Assembly (NCBI GenBank): GCA_017654855.1
Contig: CM030337.1
Location: 1,054,001-1,118,000, forward strand
Reading direction: 5' to 3'
DNA: 64,000 nucleotides
Source: Podospora anserina
Lineage: Eukaryota
Below, piece after piece: positions 51,355 to 64,000 of this stretch. The notes beneath the pieces are model-generated. The model had not been told where the DNA came from. It searched no databases and saw nothing but the letters and a program-made list of their open reading frames with translations. Both the position numbers and the translations under genes were made by a program. Numbering within the stretch: position 1 is the first letter of the stretch; each line of letters opens with the position of its first letter.

Positions 51355-52702
51355 TTCTGGGCGGTTGTGAGGCTGAGGTTGTCGTTGTTGATGACTGACT
51401 CGACTTGGCTGTGGCGTCGTTGGCCAGAAGGATGTACTGCGTAGAGGACTCGGACTATCGTATCTCGTGATTGCTCTCGTAGACAACAACAACAACAACA
51501 ACAAGTCGTCATCGATGGCGGGGCTGGATTCCAAATCATGCATAGATTGGTGTGGTGTAACGGTCTTGGCGGGGCGAGATGGTGCTCAGCTTTCTAACGG
51601 TTCTCAAAAACCAGCCTCTCCTCTTTACAACGATGTACCGGATGGCCCATCATCATTGATTAGGACCTTTGAAATGTTCCCTTCCGTCGTGCAAGCTTCT
51701 GCACTCAGGGACTGAACCCACCAAACAGAAAGCGTCCTTTACAGATCGTGACGACCCGTCAGGATCTCGAATGCAACCATCTCTAACATCGCCCTCGGCC
51801 TGCATTCAGTCCCACTCGGCCGATGCGACGTGCAGGACTTCATCTCGCGACCAAGGTTGGTCCATTCTCGCGTGTTTTCAAGGATGGAATCCATGGTTTG
51901 GGGGCCGAATCAGTGTGCTGGCCGCTTGGGGGGGTCTACCATCTTGAATATCGAACTTGTGTGATGTTCGACTCTGACCTCTTTTGTAACCTCTTGGACG
52001 CTAAACTGGTGAATAGAAGTGAGATCGACACGGCTGCAATGACGGCGAATGGAGTTTGTTGATGAGGAATCTCACAGCTCGGGAAGGGGGAGAGTTGGTC
52101 CTGAACTTGGGTCCATGAGGGACAACCAGCCCTGTGAACCAAGAATCCAAGTCCAACTCCATCAGACCGACGTGGCTTGCCTGACTGTCTTTCTATGGAT
52201 CAGTTTTGTAAGAGCATTTTCCGCATAAATAACAATGTGATGGCCGACCCCAGGACAACATAAGCCACTGCCTTATCGTAACCAAAAGGGCAACTGTTCG
52301 CAGCCTATAAACATGGCTTAAAACAGGGGGTTTTATTTGCAAATAACTCCCCAGCTAGCACCAAGACAGGGAGGTGGCTTTGCCAAGAAACGGCCCCTGC
52401 TGTGTTGAATGTCTTGGTGGTGAGAACTAAACCCTACCCCAGCTCCTTGCCAATGGCAACCTCACGCACCTCGACGGCCCAGCCGGCCATCTATCTGATG
52501 GGCCACGGCCGACCAAAGGATTTTTTGTTCCCGTCTCTCTCCCAGTGTCGATCTCTTTTATCTTTTATTGCGCCGCTCTTTACCTTTGGTTCTTGTTTCT
52601 TTTCTGTTCCTCCCGACATATGTCGACCACAAATCCCTACGGCTACACCATGGCCGCCACAGTAAGACTTAACCAATCTGGTGTTTCTCCCGGTCTTTGA
52701 TA

Positions 52703-53801
52703 ATGACAGCCCCGCAGTACGATCAAGGCCTCGAGCCAGCGCGCCACGACTATCCAGAGGTCACAGACCCTTCCCACTGGGCACCGGAATACGTGCCTCC
52801 CCAGCCACTGACCAATGAGCCGATGAAGCCGTATGGGAGTACCTACGTGACTCCTGCCGCCCCTTATGAGCTCTCACACACGAGGGAATCATCCTCGGCA
52901 TATGGTGGACATGCAGCAACGGCGACACTACCTTACGATATGCACGATCAGGTCCGGTTGCCAGCATCGCCCCCAACAGCAGATCCGTCATCATCGATGA
53001 GCTCGGAAAAGCCCCCTTCTCACCACCGGAAAAAGACAATATTCGGCTGCACAACACTGGTGTTTGTTCTCTCGTGCATCATTGCGCTTCTGTCGATGGC
53101 GGTGATTGGGCTGGCAGCTGCCGCGGGGATGGAGGCGCACAGGGCGAACACCAACGCGAGCAGGATGGCGGTCATGCTTGCTGAGAGCAATAGTACGTCT
53201 GGGGGGCTGGAGTCGGTTTCTGACGCCGAGCCCGAGCCTGGTACCGGTTCTGGTTCTGATTCCAACACTACTCCCGGCAGCACAAGAACCGGAACCGTCA
53301 CCGTCTCCGCTGCTGCTGCGGCGACCGAGACTGTCAGGGTCACTCCTGCTTCCGCCATCTCCGCCGTTGACGACGGCTGCTCGGAAAACCCTGAGAAAGT
53401 CCACGGGTCGACTTATACTTCTTACAAACGTATGCGCCCCCCCACACTCCCTTATTTCACCCTTCTTTTACTAACCTATCTTAGGCTTCAACTCTTTGAA
53501 ATTCACCCGCTACTGCCAACGAGATCCAGACGGCTCGCTCGTGATGGTGATTTTTACCTCGACTTTTGAGCAGTGCATGGACGCGTGCGCGTCGTACTCG
53601 ACTTATGTAGCGGAGTCGTTCCCCACGGGAGGCGCAAAGACGAGGTGTGACGGGGTTAGTTTTATTCCCGAGTGGGCGGATAAGGCTGCTGCGGGTAAGG
53701 AGAATTCGAGGGGGAATTGTTACCTGAAGAGTGGAGTTAAGGGGGAGGGGGGAGAGAATGGGAAGAAGGTCAAGGTTCATGCTGCCATTTTGCAGGGATA
53801 A
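52703..53801 (+). CDS. Single-pass membrane protein with a Ser/Thr stalk and a C-terminal Cys-rich (Apple/PAN-like) domain, 2 exons (intron 53430-53484)
   Basis: RKKTIFGC plus a hydrophobic TM segment, a Ser/Thr-rich region, and FTRYC...CMDACASY...CDGVSF...NCYLK. Confidence 0.75.
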
Positions 53802-54537
53802 TTAAGTTGGGGGAGGGGAGGAGTGATACCCAGGGTGTGTGTGCGTGAGGAGTAGGTAGTGGATTGGATGGTTTTGTTGTGCGATTATAATGGGAGGACA
53901 TTGGGAAGCGTTGAGGAAGGGTGGAGCAGGATGTGTTTATCTGGGCTTTGAATTTGACTGGATTGATTGTTCAGCTTGCTCTTTTCTTCTTTGGCGCTAA
54001 TAAATACCTGTATGAGAAACTGGTGCGTGAGTCTGACTGTTTTCGTGCTTAAAGCACGTACGCATGTTTATCTGTGATGAAATCATGAGCCAAGTGTGCG
54101 GTGAAATGGTCTGCAATCAATCCTTAGATCCAAAGTCGGCGGTTATTACAGCGTTACTTGTATTTGACCAGCGGGTATAACTGCAGTGATGAATAACTTT
54201 GAGCAGTTCTTGCTCAGCAACCACCTATAGCTTTCTAAAGGGGCATCATCATCTTGGGGGACTGTGCTCGTTGTTAATGTACCTAGGCTTCCACACCGTC
54301 TTCTACATAGTGATTGTCAAAGTGGTGGCTGTCAAAGTAATAGTTGTCAACAACCTTAAGAAGGGCAGCAACAGTGGTGGTCACGAAGTAGAGGTCGTTA
54401 AGCGGGGGCAGTTGGGAAAATCGATGTGGTGACGGAGTATCGTGGGTCTGTCAACACCATCCACCCTCCAACACCACCCACCCTCACCACCACCACCATC
54501 ACAAAATTAAATGAACAATCGTGACAACAGCAAAAGA

Positions 54538-54762
54538 TAGGCACACCAGGATTCGAACCTGGGTTTTACACCGCATCAGATCAATACCCTCACACCTCTC
54601 CCCCCGCCCCTTGGAAGGCAACCGCAGAAGCCAAGCGCGATGCCGCACCTAACACTGACAGTACAGCACTCCATGTAAGCAGCGAGTTGTAGCAAGGAAG
54701 GAATTGGTGTTTAGACATTATCACCCCAACCGGGTCGTTTTGAACCACTTGACCATGCGCCC
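54538..54762 (-). tRNA. tRNA-like gene or pseudogene with an unusually long insert in the anticodon region
   Basis: Acceptor stem GGGCGCA/TGTGCCT+A, A box TGGTCAAGTGG, T arm CCAGG-TTCGAAT-CCTGG, then TTTT. The anticodon stem is imperfect; weak tRNA-Pro resemblance. Confidence 0.55.
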
Positions 54763-56274
54763 CGTCATGCGTCAGCTCTTTATTTGTTATTATGGCAAGT
54801 GCTGGGCCAAATATGTAAGCCATTGGTCCGTGGGTCGAGCGACTTTGTTGTGTTGTGTTTGGGGAAGGGGTGATGAGGGCTGGGTGGCACGTGCGTTGTG
54901 TGTGAGGTGGGAAGGAACGGTGATGGTAGAGGGCATACACAATGGGTGGGGAGAGCATGGGTTTGGAGCTTGAGGGGGTGGGATGATTCGCCATCAACAG
55001 CACGTGGTCAAATGGTCACCGGTGCTGAGCTTGCTCCCCCCAACATCAAACAACGGCTTCACATCCCGGAGCTATGGTGCACCCAACAAACGCTCTACCT
55101 CCTCCCCCTCAACTGCTGATGGCCTCACAATTGCCCGCTGATACCCATCTCACAATTCCTTCCGCTGGTCCCCTCCAGATCGATTGTCTATGTCGGGGTT
55201 GGTAAGACTCTAGCAGACATCGAAAATCTTGTGTGTTGGCTGTGTGGACATGTGACTTATTACTGTACCTTCAGCCATGGCAAAGATGCCTCCAATGAAG
55301 AGGGCCGTGTTGTTGATGGCCTGGTCCATTACTGTTCACAAGATTGCGGCTTGAATACAAGCTTGCGGATTGGATACATATATTCTAGGAACAAAACTCT
55401 ATTTGGTCCCCTCTGTAAGCCAAACATTCTCAACAGCTCTATCAATATCTTGAAAGGAGGCAGCTTAAACTCCTTACCATTGCTCAACCTCCTCGTAGCA
55501 TCAACTCATCAAAACACAATCCACACAACCCACACAACCCACACACCACAACATCAATCACCTTCCCGCCCCTCCCGCCCACAAAACAGCAGCACACACA
55601 AGTAGAGTAATTTTATGTTTTATGCTTATCACCCACCGCTTTGTGGCTACAAGCATAGGTAGACAGCAAAGCAAATCAGGTAGTTAACTATACACATTGT
55701 CCCCACCTTCACTCACCACCCCTCCCCCCCCCGGACCTCCTAACTGTCACTCCCCCCCGCCCTCCTAACTGTCACTTCCCCCCCGCCTCCTGCCCCATCT
55801 CAAGCCACTCCCCCCCATTCCACCAACCCCAGTCCCCAAGCAAAGTCCCCTTGCAAATATGATTTCTTTGTTAAAAAAAAGTTTAAAACACAGCGCTGAT
55901 ACGAAAAAAGCCCGCTGAATAATAAAAGCAAGAGAAGCAAAGAAAAAAACCAACCCCAACCCCAACCCCACCCAATCACCTCGTCCCTACCCAGTCCCAG
56001 AGAGAGTCTACCATCAATCTCCCTTTCCCATCCCTTTCCTCCCCCCACCCAAAACGCCCCATGGAAAAAAAAGAAAAAAAAAGATCGAATTTTGGTATTG
56101 TGCCGACATTGTTGAATGAAATAACCGAAAAAACGCTGACCGTGGAAAGAAGTGAAAAAAGAACGAAGCGAGCCGGCGAAATATATACCATTCACAGCAA
56201 CAAAAAGCACTGAATGTATTTTTCAGATGAAAGAAGAAAAAAAACCCCAACAACAACAACCCCAACAAAGAATA

Positions 56275-59243
56275 TTAAATCCCAGCCCCACCCCTCACTT
56301 CCCTCCCTCCCTCTTCCGCCGCCGGACTCCCCGCCCTCACAACCGCCGTCTTCAAAACAGGCGCAATACTAATCGCAATCTTCTTCTGTCCACCCCCTCC
56401 TCCTCCATTCGGACTCCCCTCTCGACTCCTCGCCTTCCCACTGTTATTGTTGTTGTTGTGAAAACTCCCCTTCTTCCTCAACATCCCCCCCACCCCTGAC
56501 GACCCCAACGAAGAATTACTCCCCGCACTACTGCTATTCCTCCTCTTATGCTGCATCAGCTTATCCAGCGCGTCATCCTCATCCTCCTCCCTCCTCCTCT
56601 TCTCCGATAACCTTTCCGGTGGCGGCGTACTCGGCACCACCACCACCGGCTTTTTATTCTCCTTTGACTCACTGCCCCCCCCATCCACAGCTGTCGTCGT
56701 CGTCGTCATCACCGCATCCCCCCCACCACCCTCTTCCTCCTCATCAGACGTGTACTCCACCAGCGGCAGCTTCCCCCCATTCACCACCACGCCCGTAGGA
56801 CGATGATGATGATGATGATGATGATGATTCTCCTCCTCATCATCAGAAACACTATTCCAATACTCCTCCTGCGCCTGATCAACAGCCAAATGCTCCATCA
56901 TCGCCCCCCTCCCCACCCCCCTCCCCTCGTCCTCCTCATCCACCTCACTAACCGTATACCCCCGGCTCTGATCCCACCTCATCAACATCCCCCTAAAGTA
57001 ATCAACATGGCTCAGCGCCACTACCTTCTCCCGGTAATTCTCCATGATGTGCCTGGCCAGCTCCCGATCCCCCTCATAATTAATCGACGTGAAAAAGTCC
57101 AGGCACGCCGAAGACAAGAGATTGTCCCGCGGCAGCGTCCGCAGCAGCGTGTCCAAGACTGGGCCGAAAATTCGCCTGTCGGATAGGTGTTTGGTGAAAA
57201 AAGGGTCACGGAGGAGGATGAGGTGGCGGAAGAAGCGGATCGCAACTAAAACCCCAAGAGAAAAAAAAAAGGAAAAAAATTAGCAGGGTTCAGATAGGAT
57301 GCAACAAAGTATTTCGTACCAAGCTGGAGGTGCTTCTGTTTGCAGGCAAGAAGCTGCCCAAACCTAGACGCAATGTTGTGGTCAAACACAAAGTGCTTGC
57401 TCCGAAAAGTGTGATGCCTGATGTAAAAGCAGAGAATCTCGTTCAAGTACCCGAAAATCCCATCTTCGAGGGCATTAAACTTCATGTTAGGCCTCTTCTC
57501 CAGGTCAAGCAGCGGCTTGAACAGCTTGGCGACCGAGTGCTCATAAAAGTGGGCAATGAACGCGTCTTGCTGGGGATCGGAAGAAACCTGATGTTTTCCC
57601 TTGGGCATGAAGCCCTCTCTGTTTTCTGGAGGGGGGCCGCTGCCGGGAACATTTGGGTCTAGAAGCACCTTGAGTGACTCTGTAAGTTGCGACTTGATCC
57701 CCAGATCTACTTCGACGAGGAGGAGATCGATGAGGGCGTCGGTCAGGGGCGCTTGTTTTCTATGGGTCTGCTCGTAGATGGTCTTTCGGATCATGGAGGG
57801 GTCAAACTCGAGTATGGAGCCGAGAATGTCTGTAGCACCAACCCGGACCGTCACGTCAGGGTGCCTAAGCCCGTAATTGATAACGGGAACAAGTCCTTGC
57901 TGGAGGAAGTTGCCATAGAGTCCTTGGCGGGCAGGTGGTTGGAGGTTCTTCGAGATGGCGCACATTTGCTGGATGAAAATGACGGCTTCCTTTTTGCGCA
58001 GCGGCTGCACAGTCGGGTCGCCAAACACGGCAAAGAGATCCGTCATGAAACCGGGCGTCATGTGGAGGTGCTGCACGATCTCGACCTGGTTGAAAAAGAT
58101 GAGCGAGTTGAGGACTGAAAAGGTAGGGTCGTCCAGGATCCTAGCAAGCACAACGTCCTTCAAGTACTGTAGTCGGTAGGTCTGATGGATCTTGCGTCGC
58201 ACTTGGTCATCCTGGATCCTGACCACCTCCTTATACCGCCCCTGGTTGTTCAACCACTGCCGGTGGTTCGCCTTGTGCGTCGGAAAATCGGGATCGTACT
58301 CCATCGCACCCACAACTCCCAAAACACACTCGTCAGACACGGCATGTTCGATGAGGCCGGTGTCGTTCAGCAACACCACCGTCTTCATGATGTTGCAGAG
58401 ATGATGCAGGTCCCCCAAGCTCTCCATATCCTCGGCCATCTCTACTAGTGGAATAAGTTTGGCGATGTAGTCTTCGCTCATGATTGCTTTGGCGAGGGCA
58501 TCGCGTCCGGACGGGGATTGCGAAAGGTTCCGCAGGGTATTCTCTATATCGATCAGCGTCCCCAGCTCAGCAGGCGGGAGCTGGATGGAGGTGGGCATGT
58601 CCATCGCCAAGTCGTCTGAGAGACCATCATCTGCAGCACGGCGAATCAGCAGGCACTCCCCTGGATAGGTTATGCAGCTCCTACCTGGTCCCCCCATGGC
58701 GGCCTGGAATTGTTGTTGAACGTGGTCGATGAATTTCCTAGCACCCGGCGAGTGAGCTTGATGCGACGAGCGTGGCATGCGAACAGGTTCAGACAAACCA
58801 TATTGCCTGGCATCCATCTGCCTCCTGAAAGGAAAGCGCCATGTCGACGCCATTGTCGGTCCAAACAATGAGGGTGTCTGTGGCGCAAGTTAGAGAACAA
58901 ACTCCGGATACCGCAAAGGTTGAGTGACATGCCCTGCTGCTTCTGGAAGCCATCTTCCTTCACTATTTTGGTCTCGAGCAGTAGTCTGTCGGGCTGGTCT
59001 TCTGACTGGACGATCACGCGGGGTTCTTTTTGCTCTTCCTGGATCTGAGGGATGGGTGAGTTCAGTCATCAGCGAAACCGTGTTCTCTGCCATGCGGGGG
59101 ACGGGAACAGCACAGCATACCGTGACGAAGCAGGCGGTGCAGAAACCGGTGCCGCGGTCAAACCAGTCATTGTTGCGAAGCTCGTAGACCTTGACGCGCT
59201 TCTTGTCGGCCGTCGTCTGATGAGGCACGGGTTGTGCCATCAT
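56275..59243 (-). CDS. psy2: PP4 regulatory subunit 3 (Psy2/SMEK), 6 exons
   Basis: RVKVYELRNNDWFDRGTGFC EVH1-like start, DTLIVW, MALSFQEADGC, KIHQTYRLQYLKDVVLARILDD, RDNLLSSACLDFF. Introns 59120-59045, 58932-58878 (GC-AG), 58798-58738, 58684-58631, 57319-57246. Confidence 0.93.
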
Positions 59244-62200
59244 CAAGCGCTCGATGGCCTCGTCTCCGACGTCGACGTCGAGGGTGGTGTCGCTGAGCAG
59301 GTGGGGTGCGATATCGAAATGGTGCGGCGATTGCGATAGCTCGGGCTCGGCCGGGTTGAGGAGAGCAAGGGCCGCCACTTTGTTCTGGGGTTTGCGCGCT
59401 CCAAAGATGGGGAGCGCGTCGGTGCTGCAGCGAAGTGTGAAGAACGGGCTGGCGGACAGGCGCTCGGGTGTGGACAGGACACGGACTGTCTGTCGCTGGC
59501 TGGCGTGATAGGTACGGTAGGCAGAAGTTGGGGCAAAAGTCAAACTGGTTGCTCGGGTGGTGGTTGTGTGGTGTGTGGCCTGTGGTCTGTGGTCTGTGGA
59601 GAGGGTGACGTCGAAAATAAAATCCGATGTCGAGTGGTTCAGGGAGCCATAAGGTTTCGGAAAGACCAGGCGGCTTCTTGTCGAGATGATAAGCCCTCGA
59701 GATGATAGAGCGACAGCGCACGCGACCAGCGGCTCCTCAGACGATCGCGCAGGAGCAAGGCGTGCTCTTCAGTAAATCCCCGTCGCGACGAACGATGCGC
59801 GACAAACAGCGAATGCTTTCTTCCTTGGTGGGCGTTGAGTGGCGATGGATTATTTCCTTGGGCCGATTGCTGCCAATCCGGATTCTCTCTGCAGGCGCGC
59901 AAGGTTGCGATGGGGAGAAGCGGGCGGAGTGCGTGATCGCTTGGGTCAAGCGGGTCCCGAAGGGGTTTAGTGGCAAATGGATGTGCCGGCTTCTTTAGTG
60001 TCATGCTAAGAATAAGCGCGGCCTGATGTCACTTTTCTACCTAAAACACCCCCACCGGCCCCGGCCCTTCACCACGCGCTGGAACGGCAGACCGGCCGGG
60101 CATTTCCTTTCATCTCTCAACCTCCCCCGCTCCACCTCCGTCCCGGCCCCGTTGTCTTGGAGCTATGGCCTCCGTCCGAAGCCTTGTCCGTGTCTCGGCC
60201 AGCATCCGAGCTTCTGTCGACCTTGGACGGCCCCACTCGGTCTGATATCTTGACCTGATTACTGATGATATATATCACCATCTTTACAACCTCACTCGTC
60301 GACGGTGCCGATTACGATCGATATTCAAGAACTCTGCTTCTACTTACGACCATTATGGCTTTTGCAACAACCATTCTTTGTATTGACATTCTCACACAAT
60401 AGTCATTCACCCTTGGTCTTCACATACCATTGCAATCCTTGGTCTTTAACTCTACAAGACACAACACAGCATCATTAGCTTTCCAAGCACTCTTTGAGGG
60501 CCATGCCAGCTTTGTGCTGTCCTGGGAACCTATCCGCTCTATCTTTAGATGACGAGGTGATTGATGGCTAGAGATGACCATGGCCAACACGGGTGTTGAG
60601 AGCATCAATGTTCTCGGGGTTGCACTGACTCGATGCCCTTCCTATATCACCATGGCCACCTCGTCATAGATCGCAGTCACGCTGGCATCACGAGGCCTCA
60701 TACGAAAACCACTTTTTCTTATATGCCAGCTCGTAACCAACTGCGCATTCATCTCCAAGCTTCAACTGCAGCCACTCTCACCCATTATCTTTCTACCCAC
60801 AACCATCACCAACCACGCCACACCACTCTTCAGCTCTCACAATCCGATCAGGCAGTCTGCCAACCCAAACGAGCCTCTGCCCAGCAGCCATACCCAGCCC
60901 ACCCTTCCTTTTCCAGCTTCATCGCCGGTAGTGGCAGCGGCATCGGATCTGGCCGCATCGATGAAGGAAGTGACAGCCTGGTTGTATGCAAACCTGCCTG
61001 GCGTCGTGACAGCCGGGCAGCGGGAAAAAATTCCGAGCTGCAGCCCTCTGAGGTAGCCACCTGAAGCCAAGTCACATATTTATCTGATGTCTCTCGCGCG
61101 CTTGGGCAGTGGTGTGTCCTGTCAGGGTTTGTCAGGGGCAGGGGATGACCCAACAAGGCAGGCCAAGATAAGAGCAAGCGCCGCCGCCATTTACCGCCAG
61201 TCTTGCAACATATTCATCACCAAGAGAAGCCGGAAGCTGCACCCTGTCTTTGACACCTGCGAATTGATTCCGTCAGCCGGTCGTGCACTATATCGATGTC
61301 TGTCTCAGAGATGATGCTACCGAGACTACCCACAAGCCCTGAGGGAAGATGGGCAATGTCTCCGGTCATGCAGGAACTTTACCCAGCCCACGAGGCTGGA
61401 CAAGCTCATGAGAAAGATAGATCGACAACTTAGCACCGCCAGCGTAGCAGTCATGGCTGGCTGTGGCTTCTGTCGGTCCACCCATCTGCCCATGGATATC
61501 TACATACATTGCAGTGCCGGACCTTCCTCTCGCCGAACAAGCAAACGTGGAGGGTGGAGGGTGTAGGTGTATATGTAAGGTATGCATATGCAATGTACGC
61601 ACATCTTTCTATTTCTACGCTTACCACTCAAGAGCCCCCCTTCCCCCCTGACCGGGAGAGATGACATGGCAGATTTGACCCCCACGCCCGGGCCTGCATG
61701 GCTGGTGTCTGCTCTCTCTCTCTCTCGGCCTCTCTTAACTTTTCGGGGCCCGCTCACACAGCCAAGCGTATCACTCCAATGCTGACGTTGGATGACATGG
61801 CCTATCTGGCGGTTCCTGATCCTGCCGTCTGTAATGTATGCAGTCATGGTGGAAGCGTGTTAAGCGCGTCAGTTAATACAGCAAACACGTACCGAAGGAG
61901 AAAAAAAAACCCCAGTCATGCAGGGACCTTGGACCAAACCAGTGTTTTGTTCTGTTTGGGAGAATACATCCATGTTTACGAACAGGAGCTCGGAAAACCG
62001 AATACTACCTTACGTACTCTAACCCAAGTTTTCCTCCGGCCCATCCGTCCGAGATCTTTGGAACATAAAAACAGAGGCAAGCTAGATAAGGCGAACATGT
62101 AGGTAAGAAACAGGCGTCGACACTAGCACGAAGCGAGTACGAGCCAGCCCGCATGGTCGAGTTACCTATCTCTTATCTCTGTGGCAGCATATACAGTACA

Positions 62201-64000
62201 CAGCAGCAGAAACAAAAACAGGGACACCACTGGGACACTGTTTTTCCGTCAGTCCAAAAGCTGCCGTCCAACCTGCACCCCATCCGTGTCTGTGTACACA
62301 GCAAGCCACAACAAGCAGGCCAAGAATGCTTTGGTGAGATTTCTTCGATTTCCAAGATTTTTCGCACAAGAAGCCAAGGTATCGGATCAGGCACTTGATT
62401 TTTTTTTTGATTTTTTTTTTGTTTCTCTCTGGAAACAATTCCGAGCGATTGTTTTTTCTCAGATTGGGTTGGATCAGGTAGGTAATTGGACCGTATTACG
62501 ACCCTCAGGACCCGAATCCTCACCGGCATATCTATCTCTAACCTGGTCAATATCATCCCAGCGTTGCATCTCAACATGCGGATCGTATCTGTCTGTCGGT
62601 GTCAGCCCTGCTGAGAGGATGGATGGTATCTTTTGCTTTGGGGTCCACTTGATAGAGAGCAACATGAAAAAAAATGCGGATGGACAGGAGGTTTGTGCGG
62701 TTGAGGAGGTTGATGAGATGAAACACATCAACAGCTGTTTGGTCGGGATGAACTGATGGCAGTTGACAGCGCGGTTAGGTGGGTGGATTTGGGGGGGGGA
62801 GGGGGGCAGAGCCGCAGCGCTGAACATGCCTGGGGGCTAGGTAAGAAATGATCTCTGGCAGGGAACCAAGATATTGCGATTTCCAGTGATTTAAGCCGTT
62901 TATTTTTTTTTTTTTTTCTTGGGGGAAAATAACAAGGAAAGAAAACGGACAAGTGCCGACAACAGCGGCAAACACAACACCGCATCAACCTTGTGCTAGA
63001 GCAAGCAACAGAACTTGTCAGAAAAGAACGGCCGAGGTCGTTTCTTTCTCCTCTTAACCGAACGATTCTGCAGCTGAAACGGACGGTCCGTCCAACCGTT
63101 GCCTCTCTCCCCACTCCGGCGAGTGCCTCCGAGCAACGGACTGCTGTCAGTCAGACTGTGTGGGAATTTGTGAACTAATTAGCGTCAACGGTCCCCGCAA
63201 TACGCAATACATACAACACACGGTTTCTTTGGTTTCTTTGGAAGCGTTTAGAAAGAACTTCAACGGGGAAGACGGCAGCTTGGTAGCTGGAAATGCATGA
63301 CTGACAGCAAAAAAAAAAAAAAAAGATGAGACATCGTCCGTTGTTTTAACCTTTTCTCCGATTCCATCAACCCATGTTTTGGATTGTCCTGTTAGCGCAG
63401 ATCATTTGTGGTATCCAAAGCGAGTTTAGCTTGCCTAGCGCTGCAACCCCCCAAGAGGTTTAGCAAGCGAGGGTTTTTGTTTATTTTTATTTTGGAACGG
63501 TCACATCGGCGATAGGGAGTGGTGGCGCTATTGAAGATCGAGACAGCCGCGATAGGAATGGTTGGTTGGGCGGTGGAGGAGCTGGAAACTCTTCTTCAGA
63601 AAGAATGTCTCTGATCCAACCGACTTCCAGAGCTTTGTGATATGGAGCCCGGTGGCTGTCAAAAAAGATGCTAATAAAAGAAAGGACCCTGACTGTCTCA
63701 CAGCGCCTGTTTGCTGCGGCGGCGAGACATTCATCCAATTCATAACTTGGAGCAACAACAAACTGGGAAGGCTTTTATATAGGTATATATGGGTTTATTC
63801 AAAAAGGCAATCAAATTCTGTGCGAGGGTGGATATGATTTCATCTTCCCCTTGTACTGCGTAGAAATGGCGGCGGCACGGTCCATGTCAATTCAGACCCC
63901 TGCCCAGGCCCGAAAATTGCGGCTGGGCTCGACGTTGCATTCTGCCAAAAGATGGGTCTCTTTCTGAAAGAGAGAAACCGGGCGGGCGGTGTCCCGAGTG

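Noticed and set aside
60000-64000. Short ORFs in the last 4 kb
   Set aside because: No homology cues or convincing splice structure; treated as intergenic or UTR.

Overview
Eukaryotic, intron-containing DNA from a filamentous ascomycete (Sordariales-like; Podospora is my inference from gene style and RIP-type LTR debris). Conserved genes: XRCC4-like, Byr4/Bfa1, Get5/Mdy2-like, cofilin, HSP60, a KPWE-motif (PEX39-like) gene, Ptc5-like PP2C, flavocytochrome b2, FlbE-like, a membrane protein with a Cys-rich C-terminal domain, and Psy2/PP4R3. An AT-rich island at about 42.1-45.2 kb holds four solo LTRs. The main observation is on the minus strand at 26.9-29.7 kb. Six tandem, divergent ATG-initiated first exons each encode the N-terminal part of a Myb/SANT-like helix-turn-helix and each end in a phase-2 GT donor. 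Only one downstream acceptor exon (QHLQKLRRKD...) completes the domain. This looks like a variable-first-exon/constant-exon locus of the protocadherin/UGT1 type, embedded in a 20-kb cluster of further Myb-like genes. Exon structures were read by eye; the splicing is inferred, not observed.
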